DNA from: Cyanophora paradoxa CCMP329
Taxonomy: Eukaryota > Plantae > Glaucophyta
DNA length: 64,000 bases
Assembly (NCBI GenBank): GCA_004431415.1
Contig: QPMI01000455.1
Location: 19,510 to 83,509, forward strand
Reading direction: 5' to 3'
In this document: in pieces, positions 55,205 to 64,000 of the stretch
How the letters are laid out: each line of letters begins with the position of its first letter
How positions within the stretch are numbered: the stretch's first letter is position 1
Program-made: the position numbers and the translations under genes
Notes under the pieces: model-generated
What the model saw: only the letters and a program-made list of their open reading frames with translations
Database searches by the model: none
What the model was told of the DNA's origin: nothing

Positions 55205-57523
55205 TTAATATTCGGCATCATCTTCATTGTCTTCCTGAACCCTTGTTATCTTTCGAATCCCAATATATCCTCTGGCAAGAATACCATTAACTCGTTTTCT
55301 TTCCGATTTAACATTGAAAATCTCCCTTACTCTTTTCATTACAGATACACATTCAACTTTATCATCAACACTTTTGTATGATTTGTAAATGGTATCACTG
55401 GAAACAAAGTCGTTTGCATTATGAGTAACTTCGAAATTATCCCTAAGCCATTCACCAATTTTATCATTTTCAGTTATAAAGTTTATCCCTTGTTCAATAA
55501 TCGATTGAGGGGGATCCCTTAAGATCTCTTCAACCTCTTTGTTCTTCCACATATCCAGTAATATCTTCATGTGAGCCATCTTATACTCATCATCATTGTG
55601 TAGAAGTGTGAACAGAGTTGGGTCAGCTTTCTTCTGACCAGCTTCTGGCTTCTCTCTGAATATATTATTGAATCTCTGGTATGAAAGCCTTCTTTGAATT
55701 GCAAAGTCTGGTTTGTTTATAGTCAAATTGTCATTGGTTGTAATGTAGACTTGAAACATTGGAGTAAGGATAACTGGATCTTTGAACAAGGCTCTCACAG
55801 TCATTTCATTTCCACCTGTGACCTCCTTTATCTTGGAGATCTGCAGTTTATCACCATCTTCAGCCTCATTACTGAATACAAGTCGCTTTCCAAGGAGTTT
55901 GGCAAGTTCAGGAGTAGCCTCTGATGAGTTCTTTTTAGGCTTAGTCCAATAGGATATTTCGAGAGGGCTGTAATAACGACCAGATATTTGTTTGCAGTAT
56001 TCCTGAACAAGTGATTTCCCATTAGCACCAGCACCAGTCCACATGTAGAACTTCTGGATTTAGTTGATCCACTAAGGCAATTGCAATGGATGCCAGAAGA
56101 TACTTTCGCTCTGCTGGATCATCCACAATCTCTTTATAAATCTGATTGAGATGCTCTATTTTCTTGGGGTCTACATTTTCAGTATAGTCATAACCCACAG
56201 TCTTGCTCACCATATCTTCCAGTTTACCCTTTCTGAAAGTCATAGTGGTCAGATCAAATACACCATTTTCGAATCCAATCACATATGGAACTGTGTCAAT
56301 CTTCTCAAAGAATTCATCATCATTCAGCAGTGGGACCAAGTCAGTCAGAAGGGATTTGCGAAATCCTGATTGTTTAAGATTTTTGGCAATGGTCATCAAT
56401 GTTTTGGATCTTTCTTCGAAAGCTGCTTTGTTTTCCTCATCCTTTAAAGCTCTTTGACTATAATGCACAGCCCTTCCAAGGTATTGGGGGACAACAAGAC
56501 GGCTTATATCTAGGTAAATCTTTAGGTTTGTGTCATCATGCTCCCAAATCCCAGTATCAGTATTGAGTTTGAACCATGACTTTTTGGAGTATCTCCATGT
56601 ATGTTTCAGAACCTCTTTGCATACTAAACTCACATCATAATGAGCGCCACCAGAACCAGCGGATTTATCTATAAGATTGAAGATATCAGATTGCATTCCA
56701 ATGCAGATGAATCGTTTTTTGCAATTTCCACTGTAGCTTGACACAATGTATTTGTTATCATCTCCTTTAGCTTTCATAACATACCAGTTATTCGATTCAT
56801 GTGAACCATTGCAGCATGGGCAATTGAGTCCTTGTTAGCAGCATCAAAGTTAAAGCCAAGTTCAGTTTTAGAGATTATATTGGGATGCATAAATCCCATA
56901 TCTACCAGCTCTTTGATAATATTGTTTTCCAGTTCATCATGTGAGGTAGCATTAGCAGTATACTCACTCTTATAGATGTAGTTATCTATTATCCACTTTT
57001 TGAAGTCATCAGTAGGCTCATTGAAATCACAGGTATCATCCCATGGGAGATTACCCAAGCCTTGTTCACACTGGGACACACATTGATCAGTCCAGAAGTT
57101 CCAGTTCCAGTGATTGTTTTCAGGTCAACCTTCTCAAAGCCTTTAAAGCCAGGAGCCTTATCGGTAATTTTGAGTTTATTGAACTCCTCAGGTCGTTTAA
57201 AGTAGACATGATAGCCTTTTTTAGTTTTTGCCATGGCTGATTGGCATCAAAGTCATCAGGAAACATATCCGGAATTTCTCAAAGTCCTCCTCATCATCAA
57301 AGTCAATAACCATCATGTTGTCTGAGAGCAGAATGCCCAAGATACATACTGATTAGTTGCCAGCGCTTCCTCATACTTTTCCCAGGACATGCACCTCCCT
57401 TATGCTTGAAAACAGGGTCTTTGCTGTCAGGTTTCACTGGGATAATCATGTTTTTGGCTAGATCTCATCAGATCTGAGCCAGTTAGCGAGCGATTTAAGC
57501 GATTTAGTCTGTTTGGCGTTCAT
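55205..57523 (-). CDS. PrimPol-SF3 helicase (copy B), several frameshifts
   Basis: Fragments 55205-56044, 56022-56777, 56774-57079 and 56989-57234 match copy A. Confidence 0.88.
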
Positions 57524-57731
57524 TTTCAGCGATTGGGGTCCCTTTTATATATATAGAAGATTTTTCTTTAAGTAGTTTTGGGTCCCCAATCATTTTTGTT
57601 GGAAATCGAGAAAGTATCCCTACGAAATTTATCCACATGATATATCGAGTGGTTTAGATACAAAAAGGATGAATGGTATTTCAGCGAATAAACAGCATAT
57701 CCCCAGCCTAGTAATATGCTGGAAAAATAAT

Positions 57732-57984
57732 TTAGACATGTTTCAATTTTCTCCCTCTATTTGAGTAAGGACATCATACAAATACTTGACAAAGCAGACT
57801 GCATTGGCTGCATACTTTCGCTGACATGAACTTGCTATTTTCATTGCTCTATAGGTATCATCGGTTTGATATAGATCTCTAAGCTGTGTGGCTATTTTTT
57901 CGTTAAACTTTTTGATTTGAGCCTTACCTTTTCAGTTTGCTGGTATCTCTTCATAGCTCTCTTCTGGGCTTCACTGAGTGGCAT
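57732..57984 (-). CDS. Small basic protein (copy B), frameshifted
   Basis: Reverse complement of 4389-4643. Confidence 0.6.
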
Positions 57985-58038
57985 TTTCCTCTGTCTCTCT
58001 TAATATATATAGAGAATTCTTTAAATCATTTTTGTTCT

Positions 58039-58843
58039 CTAACCTCTTTGTCCAAATCGCTCAATATACATAAGTTTGAAATGCTTACCTAGCAATGCTA
58101 CAAATGGTTCGATTTCCAAGGTCTCCCATGTTTTCTTGTCCTTATTCCATCTGCAATCTAATCCTTTTGCGATATCTTTTTAAGATAAGGCACCTGAAAC
58201 CCAGCAACCAATGTATTGTTGTACTGAGTTCTGCATACATTTCAATCAATGCAGATCTGCCCTCTCTGAACCTCTCTATATCATCTCTGCGAAGATTATC
58301 CATTTTCGGAATAAATTGGTTGCACCAAATCAGGAAAAGATTAACTGCATGTTTATTCCTTGCTCTTTCTTGTTCTAATTCTCTCTCTCTTCGCTCTTTC
58401 TTCTAATTCAAGCTGCCTCTTCGAGCTTCTCTTGTTTTCAAGTTCTCTTTTTCTTCCAGTTCTTCTTGCTTTAAAGCGATTCTGCACTTATTACAGAAAT
58501 TATCCTTTCGGTTTTTATGCCGATCTCCACATCTTTCACATATATCTGACCTCTGGCACCCTTCGGAATAAATCGTAAAATGCAGCAATTCCCAACAATG
58601 ACCACAATCTTTTTATTAACATGCAGAATATAGCATTGCTCTTTAATTGGATGATCACAGGCGCAATGCTCAGACTCTGGAGGCAGGTCATAATCACTTA
58701 ATCCATATTTTGCAAGCTTTGCCCAAAGAGGAGCGTTTCCTGTTACTTCCAAGAGCAACATAATCATTGAAGTCATCAGATCCACAAAGCAACATTAAAG
58801 CCGCTTTGAGCTTTTCCAGGCAATACGATTTCTTCTCTGCCAT
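58039..58843 (-). CDS. Zn-finger / DUF5710-like protein (copy B), frameshifted
   Basis: Reverse complement of 3517-4332. Confidence 0.65.
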
Positions 58844-58951
58844 TTTCCTTTTATATATATAGAAGATATTTCTTTAAGTAGTTTTCATCAAATTTTGTGT
58901 TCAGAATTCCCCATTTAAAACCTCCCCTTTAGTAGGAACAAGTTAGGAACA

Positions 58952-61900
58952 ATGCCCCGAATTAGCAACAGACTTATTAGAGAAAAGAAATGGAACTCAT
59001 GGGATTACTGGGAACACTGTATGCAGCCCATGAAATCACAGAGGCTGAATATGACCGGGAAATCGATTTATTTCAAGGGCAGACCCACTTTAGCAAAATT
59101 AACCAGAAAGCCAATACCCTCTATGATAAAGTTGAAACTCTTGATGAACTCGATCGCCTGAGGCAAATAGAACCAGAGCAGAAGATGGAACAGCTATGAA
59201 TGAATTGTATCGTTGGCTCACATACAGAGCAGAAGGAAGTTGTTGTAGATGTGATTGAATATCTAGATAGAATTGCAACCTCTCTACCAAAACGTTTAAG
59301 GATAGTCTGGATCATTCAGGCAATCAAAGTTCGCTTGTCTTTATCTGCAAGTTCGTTAAAGTCAGCAATCCACAGGTTTGGATATCGAAATACATTTACA
59401 GCGATTATTTTGTATTAACCAAATCGAGAAATATTCGAACTGAGCTGAATAAAGCAGCCCAAATGTGTCAGGAACAGATGAATGTAGTTGATAGCTATCG
59501 ACTTGAGAGAATCGAAATGCTAAGAGTGGCTATTATGAGTTATGCCCAACTGGTGGTTGCTATGTCAAAACACCAGAATCAATTGCAGCCAAGAGAGCAC
59601 AGTGAATATTCGAAATATTGATGATTCTGCTTTGAAAATGCCATTTTGGCATGGATCCATAGGAAAGATGTAAATTCCCACAAGAGAAGTGAGCTTACAC
59701 AATATCGCAATGGAAATACTCACCATCCACATACAATCCTTTGGCTCTCAATTTCGACAATATCCATTCCCTGTTCCTTGTGATGCTGAAATCATTGATA
59801 AATTCGAAGCTCAAAATGCAGGCATTAGCATAAACATCTTTGAATGGATGGAGATGTTATATATCCGCTGCATCAATCCAGCAACCAGGCAGAAAGCAAA
59901 GATTAATCTCATGCTCATTCATGATGATGAAGGGAATGTCACTATATTACTATTATGTCACTCTCAAGACTTCTCAGAGTTGCCCTTGATAAAACCAAGG
60001 ATCAAAAGTTACACTACTGTGATACATGCTTATCTCGATTCAGGTCTGAGGCTAAACTGACTGCTCATGTGGACTCAAACAGATGCATTGATTGGAGACT
60101 CTCAAAGGAATCACCCTAAGCCTGACACCACATAGAGTTTGGACTGAAAACCTCAGGAAACTGTCTGCTTCCTGTTGTGGTTTACTGCAAGATTGAACAT
60201 AGAAGCATCCCCATTGATGCATCGAAATCCAAGAGGGAAGTCTCAGCAGTCACATTAGAATAGTCACTGGGGCAGATGTTCAGGAGTTTCGATTTGAGGG
60301 TCAGGATCCAATGGGAGGTCTGTTGAATGCTTGGAGTCCAAAGCAAGAGAGCTAATCGATTTCCTGTTCACAATATTCCAATGAATAACTCACAGATGAG
60401 CAAAAGGCTGTATACAGAGCACCAAACACTGTTACCTTTGCAGTGAGAGGTTCACTAAGGAGAACTTAAATGCAGAGATCATGATCACCACACAGGTAAT
60501 TACATTGCCCTGCATGCAGAAACTGCAATCTACATAGGAGAATCTCAAAGCAACCAAGTTGCAGTTGTTGTTGACCAAATGGATGACTGTGGGACATTCA
60601 TTTTCAGAAAAATAGCAGGTTTGGGAGATAAAAAGCGAATAGAAATCCTTTCAAAACACTTTGATCAATACCTTTCATTGCAATGGGGTCTTTACAAGTT
60701 CATTGATGCAAGTAATTTTATGGACTTTGGAGCAGCTGATGTGAATGAGTTAATGGACAAATTCCAGCCTTCAGAAGGCTTTCACACTCAGTATATGGAC
60801 TTGACCAGTTCATTATGTATCTGCACCTGGTTATCTTGGGATGCTATGCTTAGGACCACCAAGGCAAAAATAGAGCTTATAAGTGATGTAGAGCAATATG
60901 AATTTGTTGAGAGGGGATCAGGGGTGGCTTTGCAACAATGCCTTGCAGGTATGCTGAGGCTGATGGTGAGACTCCATATAATGCTGTTTGATGCTAACAA
61001 CCTGTATGGCTTCTGTTTGAGTCAGCCTATTCCAGTTGGTGATTTTAGATGGGAGACCGAATTCACCCACAAGATAACAGATCCAGTTTCCTAGAAGTTG
61101 ATCTGGAATACCCAATTAGGCTGTTTCTAGACCACAGTGATTTCCCCCTAATTATTAACAAGAAAATAGTAGAATATGCCGAATTATCACAATATCAAAA
61201 GAGCCTATTGGATCTCTCAGGAGAAGATCTTGATAAGACCCCTAAGCTAACTGCAACCTTTGGTTCTGTGACCAACTATGTGATTTCTGAGCCTCTTCTG
61301 CAATATCTGTTGGACAAAGGGGTGAAATTAAAGAAAATTCACAGGGTCTTCATTTACTGTGGCTCCTGTAATGAAACCCTATATTGAACTGAACACTGAG
61401 ATGAGAAGGAAAGCAGTGAATAAATTCGAGCTGATTTCTATAAGCTCATGAATAATTCAATCTATGGGAAATGCATTGAATCATGTAGAGGTAGATCTGT
61501 GGTAAATTGCAAACAGTGAGAAACTATTTATGAAATATGCAGCTTCCCCATTGGTGAAATCAACAAGCCCATAAACGAAAAAGCAGTTGCCTTTGAGTTT
61601 TACACAAAGCATGTGAAACTAGATAAGCCTGTTGCAATTGGGGCTTATGTTTTGGATGCTGCCAAACTGCATAATTACCAATTCTTTTATGATACTGTAA
61701 GGACCCAATGGTCAAAGCAAAGTTACTATTCCATGATACTGATTCCTTTGTCTATATATCGAATCTCAGACCTTAGAAAAAGACTAGAGAATATATCTTA
61801 TGCCTTGGACTAGGGGATCTAACAGAATGACCCCAGGTAATACAAAAATGAGATGCCAGGTTCTGCTATATTGGAGTATGTTGGGTCTAGAGCCAAAGTT

Positions 61901-62138
61901 TACAGTTTCAGAACTGCTGAGATTGAAAGAAGTAAGCTCTCTGGGACTTCCACTGAGGAACTCCAATTTAATGATTTTAAGCAGTTTTATTTGCAGGTAT
62001 CAGCAAGACTGTGACTGCAAAGCAGAAGAAGGGCAGATCACACAATAGTAGACACTGTGAGTAGAAGGGTTGCCCTAAACTGCTTTGATGCAAAGAGATA
62101 CATCTTACAGATGTATTAATTCTGTTCCTTTTAATTAA
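58952..62138 (+). CDS. polB: Protein-primed PolB (copy B), many frameshifts
   Basis: Reverse complement of 166-3407. Confidence 0.88.
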
Positions 62139-62141
62139 GAG

Positions 62142-63162
62142 ATGCCAGCAACTGGAAGAATAGTTAGGAGAACCACTGAGCAACTGCAAGGGACCTACTG
62201 CCCATCACAGTTCCAAAGGAGGAAAGGGGAATCTCGAATTGTAAAAAAGTCAGAGATGAAGAGCTGTCCAGTAGAGATCCCAGTTGCTATTGCAGTGAAA
62301 GAAACAGCAGATTGCCAAGAGATTCTATGATGTGAGAACTGGTTACAAAGGCTTCAAGCTATGAGGGCTGAGTTACCTGATGAATCCTATAAGCAGTTGC
62401 AAGAGTTCTACAAGAAACAGGAAGTTGTTCAGATCAATGCACCTGCTATATCTAGGAAGAGAGATCCCATGGTCCCAATAAGGCAACCCTTGATACCTAT
62501 GTGATTGATTTGCTCTTTTCCCAGCTTATAAGAAACAAAACAATGGCTATGATACATTTATGACTGCAATGGAATCAACACTGAGAACTGGGATATTATA
62601 CCTATAAGGGATAAATCAGCTCTCACTACATTAGCTGCATTTAAGCAGCTTGAAATGAGAGTGCAAGACCCATAGTAAGGTTCAATCAGATGCTGGAAGT
62701 GAATTCCAAAATCGAATATTCCAGGAGTATTTATCTAGTAAATACATAGAACACCAAGTGAGTGGAACTGCTGACCACAGAAGCCAAGGTCGAATTGAAG
62801 CCTTTAACAAACAGATTAAGAGACTGATCACAAACTACTGCATAGCCAATTAACACAGCTAGATTCTTTGATGTGTTAGGTGATATTGAGTATAATTACA
62901 ATAATACAGTCCACTCAGCTACTAAGATGAAGCCAGGCGAAACTACAGAGGAGCATTATAGGTATATAGTGGGATTAGAAGATGAAGATTCAAGAAATCA
63001 ATAGCTTACCTTGATACCATGCAGCCTGGCATGTTTGTGAAGTGAAGTTGAGAAAACCCTTTGCTAACAGGTAACAATTGGTCTAGGATGGTTTACACTG
63101 TTGATAGTAGGGAAGGCTTTAAGTTTAAGCTAAGGAGTCCCACTGGTGAGATCATAGAAAGA
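62142..63162 (+). CDS. Polinton-type rve integrase (copy B), frameshifted and 3'-truncated
   Basis: Reading across frameshifts: YVIDLL, QSDAGSEFQN, SQGRIEAFNKQIKR, YNYNNTVHSATKMKP. Confidence 0.85.
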
Positions 63163-63420
63163 ATATGGTTTGTGTGACAGAAACTAGCCTCTCCATTGGT
63201 GAAATCAACAATAACACTGAAATTTAACATTAAAAGAGATCCTTAGTAGACTTGGTGAAAGACTAGCCTCTCCATTGGTGAAAAAAGAAACACTGAAATT
63301 TTTGGCAACTGCTTTTCGTTTATGGGCTTGTTGATTTCACCAATGGAGAGGCTAGTCTTTCACAAGTCTACTATACGTCGAGTCCTCTGGGCTAGTCTTT
63401 CACCAAGTCTACTATGGCAA
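63163..63420. repeat. Patchwork of short direct and inverted repeats at the copy B / copy C junction
   Basis: ctagcctctccattggtgaaa three times (one inverted); ~38-bp stem 63245-63283 / 63335-63373; pieces matching polB and the 37.2-kb repeats. Confidence 0.8.
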
Positions 63421-63597
63421 GTGACTTTTGCATCTTCAAACTGTTATATCTCATCACCAGAATCAAAAACGCAACGTTCTGCATATCGCTGTGAAGCGCT
63501 TGATAAGATCTACAAGACTATGTGTATATCATATGCATATATGTATATCAGTCATACATATATTTGGAAAAAACGAGTTTTTGCCTAGCAAACTAGC

Positions 63598-64000
63598 TAG
63601 TTTTGGTCCTTTCTCTTAGTGTTCTTTGAGGTTTAGGAGCTGTATATGACTCCTTAGTAGTCTGAAAGTCATTATACCATCTCTGGCTATTCACTTCTGA
63701 AAGTTTCTGTGTCCCTGCTATGGTGAGCTTTTTGAGTTCCCTGTTAACTTTCCCAGCCTTCTCCTTTTAGCCTCTATCAAAGGCTTATCTGGGACTTCAT
63801 TAGCAGCTTCTATGCCCTCTCTCCTTATAGCAGCATCAACCCTAGCTTCCTCTTTAGCTTGCTCCAAGGCATCCACTGTAGGTGTTTCTAGATACTCAAC
63901 TGCATTCACAGGCAACAGCTCATGGAAAGCAAACCTGTTATCTATGATCTCTCCAGTGGGACTCCTTAGCTTAAATTTAAAGCCTTCCTACTATCAACAG
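63598..64000 (-). CDS. Integrase C-terminal part of a third, inverted copy (continues beyond the window)
   Basis: ~63943-64000 is the reverse complement of ~63099-63157; the frame continues through ORF 63718-63915 to ..RERTKTS*. Confidence 0.8.

Larger units (their letters stand above)
36562..63162. mobile_element. Polinton-like virus copy B, inverted relative to copy A
   Basis: Collinear reverse complement of copy A with many substitutions and one extra gene; breaks inside the integrase at ~63162. Confidence 0.92.

Noticed and set aside
56000-63160. Pseudogenisation or programmed frameshifting of copy B replication genes (and scattered frameshifts elsewhere)
   Set aside because: Breaks are mostly single-base losses in homopolymers, increase toward the window end and are usually absent in the other copy. 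This fits long-read consensus error; polishing would decide.
1-63162. A/B inversion as a fold-back read artefact
   Set aside because: The copies differ by synonymous substitutions, variable loops, repeat numbers and an extra gene, and are separated by 11.9 kb of unique DNA.

Overview
Eukaryotic endogenous-virus locus. Two related but non-identical AT-rich Polinton-like virus (PLV) genomes lie in inverted orientation: copy A at 1-24659 (runs off the left edge inside its integrase) and copy B at 36562-~63162. The integrase 3' end of a third, again inverted, copy starts at ~63598. Each copy encodes an rve integrase, a protein-primed PolB with an eroded proofreading domain, a PrimPol-SF3 (D5-like) helicase, an A32-like packaging ATPase, a probable double-jelly-roll major capsid protein, two penton-like proteins, a patatin-discoidin fusion, a ~1980-aa phage-type fibre with an S74 chaperone domain, two short fibre paralogues and a prokaryote-type S-adenosylmethionine decarboxylase. 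No maturation protease was recognised. The 11.9-kb spacer between A and B holds a fragment of a more divergent PLV, an internally deleted Ty3/gypsy element and a DIRS1-like tyrosine-recombinase retrotransposon; the A and B termini each cut a gene of this spacer. The most notable signal is a palindromic iteron-like element present at two distant sites per genome. It reads TCACAGG in every unit of copy A and TGACAGG in every unit of copy B, and it co-varies with a cluster of substitutions at the primase-helicase C-terminus, suggesting element-specific origin recognition. Most frameshifts are single-base homopolymer losses and are probably long-read errors. All calls come from motif recognition by eye; no searches were run.
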